From the NCBI GenBank assembly GCA_019750575.1, contig JAIEOJ010000004.1, forward strand, positions 1 to 62,599: a stretch of DNA of 62,599 nt, written 5' to 3'. Under the pieces are notes generated by a model, which did not search any database, was not told the origin of the DNA, and worked only from the letters and a program-made list of their open reading frames with translations. Positions 55,214 to 62,599 of the stretch are shown here, piece by piece. How positions within the stretch are numbered: the first letter of the stretch is position 1; every line of letters begins with the position of its first letter. Source of the DNA: Rhodocyclaceae bacterium (lineage in GTDB: Bacteria; Pseudomonadota; Gammaproteobacteria; Burkholderiales; Rhodocyclaceae). Both the position numbers and the translations under genes were made by a program.

Positions 55214-55247
55214 ATGCCGGATTCCACACTTGCGGGTCGGCCCCTGT
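55214..55247. repeat. Right terminal inverted repeat of the copper/redox island
   Basis: ATGCCGGATTCCACACTTGCGGGTCGGCCCCTGT. With the same-orientation copy at about 55169..55191 it forms a long imperfect palindrome. Further motif copies are at 55156..55164 and 55183..55191. Confidence 0.65.
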
Positions 55248-55256
55248 CATCGTGTC

Positions 55257-55333
55257 TGGCGCGCCCGAGACGATTCGAACGTCCGACCCTTGCCTTCGGA
55301 GGGCAATACTCTATCCAGCTGAGCTACGGGCGC
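55257..55333 (-). tRNA. tRNA-Arg (anticodon CCG)
   Basis: The reverse complement folds as a cloverleaf: acceptor GCGCCCG/CGGGCGC, anticodon stem TTGCC/GGCAA with loop CTCCGAA, T-loop TTCGAAT, and an encoded 3' CCA. Confidence 0.9.
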
Positions 55334-55505
55334 GAAGGCCCGAAGAATAGCGGTTTTGTGGCATGGAGTCCAATCTGCTTTGATCGGGATCAAGCGGGAC
55401 CCCCTTTATTCAGGCAGTTTATGTGGAAGCCGATATAATCTTTTCGTCTCAAGCGCTGCCCAAATATCCATTCGAACCCCAACCGCTTTCAAGGAACGTA
55501 CCCCC

Positions 55506-55946
55506 ATGTCAGCTCCACAAGAATCGAAGCAAGGTCTGAGCAGTCTGCAAATCGTTTTCCTGGTCATCGCCGGTTTCCTGTTGCTGGTGGCGATTGCCGT
55601 CGGTTTTTCCAAGACCACGCCGCCGGCTGAAGATGCGGATGCCGAAGAGCGCATTGCGCCGGTTGCCTCGGTGTCCATGAACGCGGCCCCGGCCGTTGCC
55701 GCCAATGCCGGCAAGCGTACCGGCGAGGAGCTCTACAACGCGGCCTGTCTGGCCTGTCACGGCAGCGGTGTGATGGGTGCGCCCAAGGCGCACGACAAGG
55801 CAGCATGGAGCGCCCGTCTGGGCGGTAACCTCAAGGCCCTGGTCGCCAGCGCCATCGCCGGCAAGGGCGCCATGCCGCCGAGAGGTGGTGCCATGGATGC
55901 CACCGACGAGGAAATCACCAGGGCGGTCGAGTTCATGATGAAGTAA
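55506..55946 (+). CDS. Membrane-anchored c-type cytochrome (cytochrome c5 family)
   Basis: Trimmed to the ATG at 55506. It has an N-terminal TM anchor, the heme motif CLACHG and a distal GAMPPRGG Met ligand context. Confidence 0.8.
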   Translation: MSAPQESKQGLSSLQIVFLVIAGFLLLVAIAVGFSKTTPPAEDADAEERIAPVASVSMNAAPAVAANAGKRTGEELYNAACLACHGSGVMGAPKAHDKAAWSARLGGNLKALVASAIAGKGAMPPRGGAMDATDEEITRAVEFMMK

Positions 55947-55968
55947 GTCGCTTCATCCGCAAACAAAA

Positions 55969-55995
55969 AGCCGGCGTATGCGCCGGCTTTTTTAT
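55969..55995 (+). terminator. Rho-independent terminator after the cytochrome c gene
   Basis: AGCCGGCG-TATG-CGCCGGCT followed by TTTTTTATT. Confidence 0.8.
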
Positions 55996-56054
55996 TGTGA
56001 ACAGGCAGAGGCTCTGCCGTGCATTGAACGTGGTGCTGTGCAGTGAACCGATGA

Positions 56055-56160
56055 CCGTTCAGGCTGAGCTTGTCGAAGCCGTGAAAACGGTTATGCGCGC
56101 CCAGTCAGAACCATTCGAGAACCTGGCTTTACAAGGCTTCGACAAGCTCAGCCCGAACGG
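56055..56160. repeat. 26-bp inverted repeat (25/26) with a 54-nt spacer, forming a large intergenic hairpin or MITE/REP-like element
   Basis: CCGTTCAGGCTGAGCTTGTCGAAGCC at 56055..56080 pairs with GGCTTCGACAAGCTCAGCCCGAACGG at 56135..56160. Confidence 0.6.
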
Positions 56161-56178
56161 TTTTTTGCTGCCGGGCGA

Positions 56179-58164
56179 TTAACCCTTCGACGCCAGCATT
56201 TCCTTGAGTCGTGCCAGCCGTGCCTTGCCTTCCTCGGCGCCTACCGTGGTCGTGGTGCGCGGGTTGTTGAGCTTGATGTCGCTACCCATCTCGCCGATGA
56301 AGCGCGAGGGTTCGCAGTCGCGCCACTCCTTGCCCTGCTTGCGTTTCTCGCAGTGTGTCAGGGTCAGGCTGTTGCGTGCGCGAGTGATGCCCACGTACAT
56401 GAGGCGGCGCTCCTCTTCCAGCTTGACCGGGTCCAGCGATTCGCGGTGCGGCAGCATGCCTTCCTCGACGCCGACCAGGAAGACATGGTGGAACTCCAGT
56501 CCCTTGGAGGCGTGCAGGGTAGCGAGCTGGACCGCGTCCTGATCCTGGTCCTGCTTGTCGAGCATGGTGATCAGCGCAATCGTCTGGGTCAGCTCGATCA
56601 GGCTCTTGCCTTCCTCGTCGCCCTTCCTGCCCAGCCAGCCGACGAAGTCCTGCACGTTGGCCCACTTGGTCTCGGCTTCGCGCGGTTCGGCGTTTTCGAA
56701 CAGCCAGGTCTCGTAGCCAATGGCGCGCAGCAGGTCATTGAGCACGACCGAGGCCGGCTCCTTCTGCGCCCGCCATTCCATGCGGTTGATGAAGTCGCAG
56801 AATTCGCGCACCGCGCCCAGCGCCTTGGCACTGAGGTGCTGCTCGGCGCCGGCCTCGCAGGCGGCGGCAAACAGGCTGATATGGCGCTGGCCGGCATAGG
56901 TGCCAAGTGCCTCCAGCGTGGCGCCGCCGATGCCGCGGCGCGGCGTGGTGATGGAGCGGATGAAGGCCGGATCCTCGTCGCTGTTGGCGAGCAGGCGCAG
57001 GTAGCTGATCACGTCCTTGATTTCGCTGCGCTCGAAGAAGGACTGGCCGCCGGAGATCTGGTACGGAATGCGCTGGTTGCGCAGCTGCTGCTCGATGGCG
57101 CGCGCCTGGTGATTGCCGCGGTAGAGAATCGCGTAGTGGCTCCACTTGCCGCGATGCTCGAACTTGTGCGTGAGCAGGCGCGTGGCCACCCATTCGGCTT
57201 CCTGATCGCCGTCGCGACACACCGTCACGGTGATCTCGGCGCCGTGGCCGTTGTCCGACCACAGGCGCTTGTCGAAGACCTTGGGATTGTGCGCGATCAG
57301 GCTGTTGGCGGCCTGCAGGATGCGCGTGGTGGAGCGATAGTTCTGCTCCAGCTTGATGACCTTGAGATTCGGGTAGTCGGTCTGCAGTGCGCGGATGTTC
57401 TCGATGTCGGCGCCACGCCAGGCATAGATGGACTGGTCGTCGTCGCCCACGGCCGTGAAGGAGGCGCGTGGTCCGGCCAGGAGCTTCATCAGCCGGTACT
57501 GGCAGGTGTTGGTGTCCTGGTATTCGTCGACCAGCAGGTGGCGCAGGCGGTTCTGCCAGCGCGACAGCACATCCGGATTCTGTTCGAACAGCATGACCGG
57601 CACGCGGATGAGATCATCAAAATCCACTGCTTGATAAGCCTGCAGCGTGCGCTGGTATTCGCTGTAGCACTTGGCGGCGGCGTGCTCGAGTTCGTTCTCG
57701 GCGGCCCTGGCGGCGGCCTCGGGATCGAGCAGGGCGTTCTTCCACAGCGAGATGCGCGTCTGCACGGCGCGCACATGGCCCTTGTCGGCGGTGCTGCCGA
57801 GGATGTCCTGGAACAGCGCCGTGGTGTCGGCGGCGTCGAGAATGGAGAAGCCGGGCTTGAGGCCGATATGCTTGGCTTCCTGCCGCAGCAGGCGTGCACC
57901 GAGCGAGTGGAAGGTGCTGATGGTGAGGCCGTCGGCGGCACTGCTGCCGAGCACCTTCTCCACACGCTCGTGCATTTCGCGCGCGGCCTTGTTGGTGAAG
58001 GTGATGGCGGCGATGTTCTGCGCATTGATGCCGCACTCGCGCACCAGATAGGCGATCTTGTGCGTGATCACGCCGGTCTTGCCGCTCCCCGCGCCTGCCA
58101 GCACGAGGAGTGGCGTATCAAGATGGCGAACCGCTTCGCGTTGCTGGGGGTTTAACTCACGCAC
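56179..58164 (-). CDS. rep: ATP-dependent DNA helicase Rep (UvrD/Rep SF1 family)
   Basis: 661 aa, collinear with E. coli Rep (LNPQQREAV...LVLAGAGSGKTGVIT, LLVDEYQDTN, VGDDDQSIYAWRGA, LEQNYRS, TLHASKGLEF, YVGITRA). Confidence 0.85.
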   Translation of the reverse strand: MRELNPQQREAVRHLDTPLLVLAGAGSGKTGVITHKIAYLVRECGINAQNIAAITFTNKAAREMHERVEKVLGSSAADGLTISTFHSLGARLLRQEAKHIGLKPGFSILDAADTTALFQDILGSTADKGHVRAVQTRISLWKNALLDPEAAARAAENELEHAAAKCYSEYQRTLQAYQAVDFDDLIRVPVMLFEQNPDVLSRWQNRLRHLLVDEYQDTNTCQYRLMKLLAGPRASFTAVGDDDQSIYAWRGADIENIRALQTDYPNLKVIKLEQNYRSTTRILQAANSLIAHNPKVFDKRLWSDNGHGAEITVTVCRDGDQEAEWVATRLLTHKFEHRGKWSHYAILYRGNHQARAIEQQLRNQRIPYQISGGQSFFERSEIKDVISYLRLLANSDEDPAFIRSITTPRRGIGGATLEALGTYAGQRHISLFAAACEAGAEQHLSAKALGAVREFCDFINRMEWRAQKEPASVVLNDLLRAIGYETWLFENAEPREAETKWANVQDFVGWLGRKGDEEGKSLIELTQTIALITMLDKQDQDQDAVQLATLHASKGLEFHHVFLVGVEEGMLPHRESLDPVKLEEERRLMYVGITRARNSLTLTHCEKRKQGKEWRDCEPSRFIGEMGSDIKLNNPRTTTTVGAEEGKARLARLKEMLASKG

Positions 58165-58213
58165 TGAAACACACGGGCGTCGGGCGCCCCCACCTTCCTC
58201 TGGTCAGACCGTA

Positions 58214-58448
58214 TTACTTGAGCTTGCCGCGCACGGGATTAACCTTGTCGGCTTCCTTGATGATGGCCTCGCCGCCATTGCCGCTGAGATTGCCGCAGTC
58301 GCAGGACGAGGGAATGCGCGGCACCGAGCTGATGACGCCGTTACACGCGGTACATTCGTAATAGATGTCGCCGCCACTGGGCAGCGCTGCGCCGGGGGGC
58401 GTGGTCCAGCGGCGTAAAGCGATAGATCTTGCGCAGGTCAATCTTCAC
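58214..58448 (-). pseudogene. Small Cys-rich (zinc-ribbon-like) ORF interrupted by a frameshift in a C6 run (or an assembly indel)
   Basis: A GTG at 58448 follows GGAGAGG and opens MKIDLRKIYRFTPLDHAP.., which stops after 35 codons. The adjacent frame continues PGAALPSGGDIYYECTACNGVISSVPRIPSSCDCGNL...RGKLK down to 58214. The frames meet at G6/C6, 58394..58399. Confidence 0.45.
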
Positions 58449-58542
58449 AACAGCCTCTCCTCTGATATTCGGGTGACAGCGCGCGCCAAAACCCGCAGAA
58501 TCCGGGTTACCTTTCCTTTTCCATCCATCCACGCGTGTTCTC

Positions 58543-59046
58543 ATGAACGGAAAATTCAAGGCGGCAGCGGGCGTATTGGTTGTTGTGGTCGCCCTGTGCG
58601 CGTATTTCATTGTCGCACAAAAGTCATCGGCGCCCGCAATCGCGCTGACCACCCTGCAGGGCGAAAAGCTGGAGCTGACGGCCCTGCAAGGCAAGGTCGT
58701 GCTGGTCAATTTCTGGGCGACCAGCTGCACTACCTGCATCAAGGAAATGCCGGCCCTGGTCAGCACCCATGAAAAATTCGCGGCGCGCGGCTACGAGACG
58801 GTGGCGATCGCGATGGACTACGACACGCCGGACTTCATCCGCGCCTATGTGCAGAAAAGCGGCCTGCCCTTCAAGATTGCGCACGATGCCGATGGCGGTG
58901 CGGCACGGGCCTTTGGCGATATCCGCCTGACGCCGACCACCTTCCTGATCGACCGTCAGGGCAATATCATCAAGCGCTATCTGGGCGAGCCCGACTTCGC
59001 CGCCCTGCATGCCGAAATCGAGGCCCTGCTGAAGGCCCCGGCCTAG
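58543..59046 (+). CDS. TlpA-like thiol:disulfide oxidoreductase (membrane-anchored thioredoxin fold)
   Basis: TM anchor, then KVVLVNFWATSCTTCIKEMP (CxxC) and RLTPTTFLIDRQG. Confidence 0.8.
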   Translation: MNGKFKAAAGVLVVVVALCAYFIVAQKSSAPAIALTTLQGEKLELTALQGKVVLVNFWATSCTTCIKEMPALVSTHEKFAARGYETVAIAMDYDTPDFIRAYVQKSGLPFKIAHDADGGAARAFGDIRLTPTTFLIDRQGNIIKRYLGEPDFAALHAEIEALLKAPA

Positions 59047-59054
59047 ACGGATTT

Positions 59055-60317
59055 TCAGCGATAGCGGCGTGCAGCCTCGACCGCGAGGCCGGCGCCGATG
59101 CTGCCGAAAGGATCGCACTCGACCGCACGCGCCTGCGGCAGCAAGGCCGCGATGCGTTCGCGCAGGCGCGGAATGCCGCTGGAACCGCCGGTGAACAGGA
59201 TGGTGTCGATAGCATCCGCCGCAATGCCGGCATCGCGCAGCAGGGCGTTGACCGTGGTTTCGACCCTGCCCACGAGCGGTTCGGTCGCCGCATCGAAGTC
59301 GCGGCGCGTGATGCCCTGGGCGAGCCCGGCCTGCAGGTAGTCAAGGCGCAGCGTTGCGCATTCCTGATCGGACAGGGCGATCTTGCCCAGCTCCACCTCG
59401 TTCGCCAGCCAGTGGCCGGCGCGCTTGTCGATCAGCGTCAGCAGGCGTGCCACCTTGTCCGGCTCCTGCGCCTCCAGTGACAGCTCGCGCTGCTCGGCAT
59501 ACACCTGCCGCGTGTAGGCGGAGTTGATGGTGTGCCAGGTGGCGAGGTTGAAGAAGATGTTCGAGGGCATTTCCAGCGAGCTTTTCAGCCGGCTGCGGTA
59601 GCCGAGCAGCGGCATCACGCTGTCCAGACTGAGCAGGCGGTCGAAGTCGGTGCCACCCACATGCACGCCACCGTTGGCGAGCAGATCGGCCTGGCGGTCG
59701 ATGTGTTGCGCGCGCGTTGGCGACAGGCGGATCACCGAAAAGTCGGAGGTGCCGCCGCCGATGTCGGCGACCAGCACCAGCTGCTCGTCGCTTATCGTGG
59801 TCTCGTAGTGGAAGGCCGCCGCGATCGGCTCGTACTGGAAGCTGATGTCGCGGAAGCCGACGGCGCGGGCAATTTCCGCCAGCGTGTTCTCGGCCTGCTT
59901 GTCCGCGACCGGATCATCATCGACGAAGAAGACCGGCCGGCCGATCACGACATGCTCGAGATCGCCGCCATTTTCCTGCGTCGCGCGCCGCCGCAGTTCG
60001 GCAATGAACTGCTGCAGCAGTTCGCGGAACTTGAGGGCGCGACCATTCACCTCGGTGCTGCCATCGATCAGGCTGCTGCCGAGCAGACTTTTCAGCGAAC
60101 GCATCAGGCGGCCTTCGTAGCCGGCCAGGTAGTCGTTCAGCCCGGCGCGGCCGAAGCGGGTGCGGTCATCCTCGGCATTGAAGAAGACCACGGAGGGCAG
60201 GGTGATCCGGCCGTCTTCCAGCGGCAGCAGGGTGGCTGCGCCGGCACGCATGCAGGCGACGGTGGAGTTGGAGGTGCCGAAGTCGATGCCGCAGGCACGT
60301 GGAGCAGGGTGGGACAT
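59055..60317 (-). CDS. Hsp70-family protein (YegD-like)
   Basis: Trimmed to the ATG at 60317. The sequence CGIDFGTSNSTVA, ...VIGRPV.., EPIAAAFHYE and DIGGGTSDFSVI gives actin-fold ATPase motifs, but the protein is shorter than DnaK. Confidence 0.8.
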   Translation of the reverse strand: MSHPAPRACGIDFGTSNSTVACMRAGAATLLPLEDGRITLPSVVFFNAEDDRTRFGRAGLNDYLAGYEGRLMRSLKSLLGSSLIDGSTEVNGRALKFRELLQQFIAELRRRATQENGGDLEHVVIGRPVFFVDDDPVADKQAENTLAEIARAVGFRDISFQYEPIAAAFHYETTISDEQLVLVADIGGGTSDFSVIRLSPTRAQHIDRQADLLANGGVHVGGTDFDRLLSLDSVMPLLGYRSRLKSSLEMPSNIFFNLATWHTINSAYTRQVYAEQRELSLEAQEPDKVARLLTLIDKRAGHWLANEVELGKIALSDQECATLRLDYLQAGLAQGITRRDFDAATEPLVGRVETTVNALLRDAGIAADAIDTILFTGGSSGIPRLRERIAALLPQARAVECDPFGSIGAGLAVEAARRYR

Positions 60318-60576
60318 GGGGACAGGCAGGCGACGCCGGCAGCAGCGCGCAGTGAGGCGGTGATCGGGCCGCGAATGGTAGTTCGAATGCCGGACGAGGG
60401 CAAGCCTTGACACGGCGGGTGGTGCTGCTTCGGGCGTGACACGGCAAGCCCCACCCGGCTACCTGCGGCTGGCACTTTCTTCAATTCGCATGGCGCTGCG
60501 CCGCTTGTGGTAAATCTCTGATCAGGTCTTGCGCGGCGCAGGCATGTCGTGGGCGGCCGGATCGGGGAGGAAAGCA

Positions 60577-62223
60577 ATGATTGCACTCATGGAGGCAAGG
60601 CAGGCCGGCCTGTTTGCACGCCAGCACTGGCTGCCGAATCTCGTGGCCGGGCTGATTGTGGGCATTGTCGCGCTGCCCCTGGCCATGGCCTTTGCCATCG
60701 CCAGCGGGGTCAAGCCCGAGCAGGGGCTGTACACCGCCATTGTCGCCGGCGTCGTGGTGTCCCTGTTCGGCGGCAGTCGCGTGCAGATTGCCGGGCCGAC
60801 CGGCGCCTTCATCGTCATCCTTGCCGGAATCACCGCACAGTACGGCGTGGCCGGCCTGCAGACCGCCACCCTGATGGCCGGCGTGATCCTGCTGCTGATG
60901 GGCTGGGCGCGGCTGGGCGGCATCATGCGCTACATCCCGGACCCGGTCATCGTCGGCTTCACCACCGGCATCGCCACCCTCATCTGGATCACCCAGTGGC
61001 GCGACTTCTTCGGCCTGCCCGCCGTCAGCGGCGCGCATTTTCACGAGAAGCTGCTGCAGCTGTTGCAGGCCTTGCCGGCCCTGCATTTGCCGACCACCCT
61101 GCTGGCTGCCTTTGCGCTTGCCCTGCTGCTGATCTGTCCGCGCATTCCCTGGCTCAAGGTCGTGCCTGCGCCGCTGACCGCCATGGTCGCCGCTACCCTG
61201 ATCGTGGTGATCTGGCAGCCGGCCGGCATTGCCACCATAGGCACGGCCTTCGGCGGCATTCCGCAAAGCCTGCCGGCGTTTCAGCCGCCCGAGCTGGGTT
61301 TCTCGCGCATGCTCGAGCTGATCGGTCCGGCCTTCACCATCGCCATGCTCGGCGCCATCGAGTCGCTGCTCTCCGCCGTGGTGGCGGACGGCATGGCCGG
61401 TACGCGGCATGACTCGAATCAGGAACTTGTGGGGCAGGGGCTGGCCAACATGCTCACGCCCCTGTTCGGTGGCTTTGCCGCGACCGGTGCGATTGCGCGC
61501 ACCGCCACCAACATCCGCAACGGCGGCAACAGCCCGCTCGCCGGCGTCACCCACGCCGCCGTGCTGCTGGGCGTGATCGTGGCGCTGGCGCCGCTGGCGG
61601 TGCATATCCCGCTGTGTGCCCTGGCCGCGATTCTTTTCGTGGTGGCCTGGAACATGAGCGAGCTGCCGCACTTCATCCGCATGGTGCGCCGCGCACCGCG
61701 CCATGATGTGGCCATCCTGCTCATCACCTATCTGCTCACGGTGTTCGTGGATCTGGTGGTGGCGGTGAATATTGGTGTCATCCTCGCCGCCCTGATCTTC
61801 CTGCAGCGCATGGCGGGCGCGGTCGAGGTGCGTTTGCATCAGGCCCCGGAACTGGCCGATGAACTGCATGCTGCCGGCCTGGATGCGCTGCCCGAGGACG
61901 TGCTGGTCTACGGCATCGATGGCCCCTTCTTCTTCGGCGACGCGGAGAACCTGCAACACGCACTGGTTTCCAGCCACACCCTGCCGCGTGTCCTCATCAT
62001 TCGACTGGCGCGGGTTCCCTTCGTCGACATCACCGCGATCAACACGCTGGAGGAAGTCATCACCACGCTGCGCAAGCGCGGCGTCGAGGTGCTGGTTAGC
62101 GAGGCAAATACGCGCGTCAGCGCCAAGCTGCAGCACGCCGGCGTGAGCGCGCTGCTCGGTTCAGGCGGTGTGCATGCGACGCTGTCGGCCGCCCTGCGCC
62201 AGGCGGTAGCGGGATCTGCCTAG
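60577..62223 (+). CDS. SulP-family anion transporter with a C-terminal STAS domain
   Basis: GGAGG RBS before the ATG at 60577 (start uncertain; alternatives at 60529 and 60589). It has NLVAGLIVGIVALPLAMAFAIASG, typical of SulP, and a STAS-like tail (VLIIRLARVPFVDITAINTLEEV). Confidence 0.8.
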   Translation: MIALMEARQAGLFARQHWLPNLVAGLIVGIVALPLAMAFAIASGVKPEQGLYTAIVAGVVVSLFGGSRVQIAGPTGAFIVILAGITAQYGVAGLQTATLMAGVILLLMGWARLGGIMRYIPDPVIVGFTTGIATLIWITQWRDFFGLPAVSGAHFHEKLLQLLQALPALHLPTTLLAAFALALLLICPRIPWLKVVPAPLTAMVAATLIVVIWQPAGIATIGTAFGGIPQSLPAFQPPELGFSRMLELIGPAFTIAMLGAIESLLSAVVADGMAGTRHDSNQELVGQGLANMLTPLFGGFAATGAIARTATNIRNGGNSPLAGVTHAAVLLGVIVALAPLAVHIPLCALAAILFVVAWNMSELPHFIRMVRRAPRHDVAILLITYLLTVFVDLVVAVNIGVILAALIFLQRMAGAVEVRLHQAPELADELHAAGLDALPEDVLVYGIDGPFFFGDAENLQHALVSSHTLPRVLIIRLARVPFVDITAINTLEEVITTLRKRGVEVLVSEANTRVSAKLQHAGVSALLGSGGVHATLSAALRQAVAGSA

Positions 62224-62245
62224 GCGCCGTGCTGCCGAGCCGGGT

Positions 62246-62599
62246 TCAGACAACCCCGGCTTCGTGCGCCTGCTGGTCGGCGTGGTATGAGGACCGTACC
62301 ATGGGGCCGCAGGCGGCGTGGGTGAAGCCCATTTCTTCGGCCACTGCGGCGTAGTGCTTGAAGACATCCGGATGCACGTAGCGCACCACCGGCAGGTGGT
62401 GGCCGGAGGGGGCGAGGTACTGGCCTATGGTCAGCATGTCCACGTCGTGGGCGCGCAGGTCGCGCATGACTTCGATGATTTCCTCGTCGGTCTCGCCGAT
62501 GCCGACCATAAGGCCCGACTTTGTCGGGACGTTCGGGTTCTGCGCCTTGAAGTCCTTGAGCAGCTTGAGCGAGTGCGCATAGTCGGAACCCGGGCGGGC
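62246..62599 (-). CDS. lipA: Lipoyl synthase, 3' part (gene continues beyond the window edge)
   Basis: The C-terminal sequence ...[50 protein letters not shown]...[18 protein letters not shown] is typical of LipA. The frame stays open to position 62599. Confidence 0.85.
   Translation of the reverse strand, partial: ARPGSDYAHSLKLLKDFKAQNPNVPTKSGLMVGIGETDEEIIEVMRDLRAHDVDMLTIGQYLAPSGHHLPVVRYVHPDVFKHYAAVAEEMGFTHAACGPMVRSSYHADQQAHEAGVV

Larger units (their letters stand above)
37094..55247. mobile_element. About 18.2-kb copper-efflux / periplasmic thiol-redox island (transposon-like). It has terminal IRs, subterminal TTCCGGCA(T/A) arrays and a degenerate tni module, and lies 9 nt downstream of tRNA-Arg
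   Basis: G+C is lower than the flanks. IRs sit at both edges, with 5 motif copies within about 145 bp of the left end and 3 within about 95 bp of the right end. A tniB 3' remnant and tniQ lie inside, and there is no tniA/tnsB-like gene. Confidence 0.6.

Noticed and set aside
37080-55260. Target-site duplication flanking the copper island
   Set aside because: I compared 3-8-nt flanks for several possible IR boundaries (AATGC/CATCG, GCACA/TGTCA and others). No direct repeat was found.
55997-56182. 61-aa plus-strand ORF
   Set aside because: It spans the 26-bp-arm inverted repeat and has no RBS. It is more plausibly non-coding repeat or hairpin DNA.
56353-58155. 600-aa ORF on the plus strand
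   Set aside because: It is antisense to rep, which is collinear with E. coli Rep.
60481-62136. 551-aa ORF on the minus strand (and the 287-aa plus-strand ORF 60549..61412)
   Set aside because: Both lie antisense to, or out of frame with, the SulP transporter gene, which has clear family motifs. Their products are Arg/Gly/His/Gln-rich and show no motifs.
1-62599. CRISPR arrays, rRNA genes, integrases, intact transposases, reverse transcriptases
   Set aside because: I scanned the ORF translations and the sequence for regular repeat-spacer patterns and for hallmark motifs. None was seen.

Overview
This 62.6-kb window is a mosaic from a high-G+C proteobacterium. Gene content suggests a betaproteobacterium, but I cannot verify that here. 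All family calls come from reading the translated ORFs and recognising motifs, not from searches.

Layout by region:
(1) 1-7.7 kb is a high-G+C accessory segment. It holds two excisionase-like HTH genes, a nucleotidyltransferase-fold gene, a GNAT-like gene, a beta-helix repeat gene, two secreted His-rich proteins that share an upstream direct-repeat box, and a LexA-like/umuD/umuC cassette.
(2) 7.7-24.6 kb is a visibly lower-G+C catabolic and transport island. It carries a GntR regulator, ilvD, a class-V aminotransferase, the TctCBA transporter, an MhpD-like hydratase, a 1000-aa FAD/Fe-S dehydrogenase, a DSD1-type PLP enzyme, an ALDH7-like dehydrogenase, an LDH/MDH-like dehydrogenase and GlcG. 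It is bracketed by a 16/17-nt inverted repeat and contains no recombinase.
(3) 24.7-37.1 kb is a high-G+C anaerobic and NO-stress neighbourhood. It encodes DUF3079, hemerythrin, NnrS, nrdD, a separate 60-aa glycyl-radical ORF, nrdG, a Dnr/Fnr-type regulator, DUF2249, SirB2-like, DUF59 and membrane proteins, an RcnB/CigR-like protein and a P-type ATPase.
(4) 37.1-55.25 kb is an 18.2-kb lower-G+C copper and periplasmic thiol-redox island inserted 9 nt downstream of tRNA-Arg(CCG). Imperfect ~33-bp inverted repeats bound it, with arrays of a TTCCGGCA(T/A) motif at both ends. It carries an E1-like ThiF gene, a truncated JAB fragment, a frameshifted ECF sigma gene, dsbG, dsbD, a two-component system, a membrane-anchored glutaredoxin, cusCBA, cusF, a CopK-like gene, several orphan secreted proteins, a tniB 3' remnant and an intact tniQ.
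(5) 55.3-62.6 kb is core-like: cytochrome c5, rep, a TlpA-like redoxin, a YegD-like Hsp70, a SulP transporter and the 3' part of lipA.

I saw no CRISPR array, rRNA gene, integrase or intact transposase. Many long ORFs in the track are antisense artefacts of the high G+C content. The items I consider most worth follow-up are the IR-bounded copper island with its degenerate tni module and E1/JAB remnant, the IR-bounded catabolic island with a shared operator motif, the split nrdD glycyl-radical domain, and the paired His-rich secreted proteins with a common upstream box.
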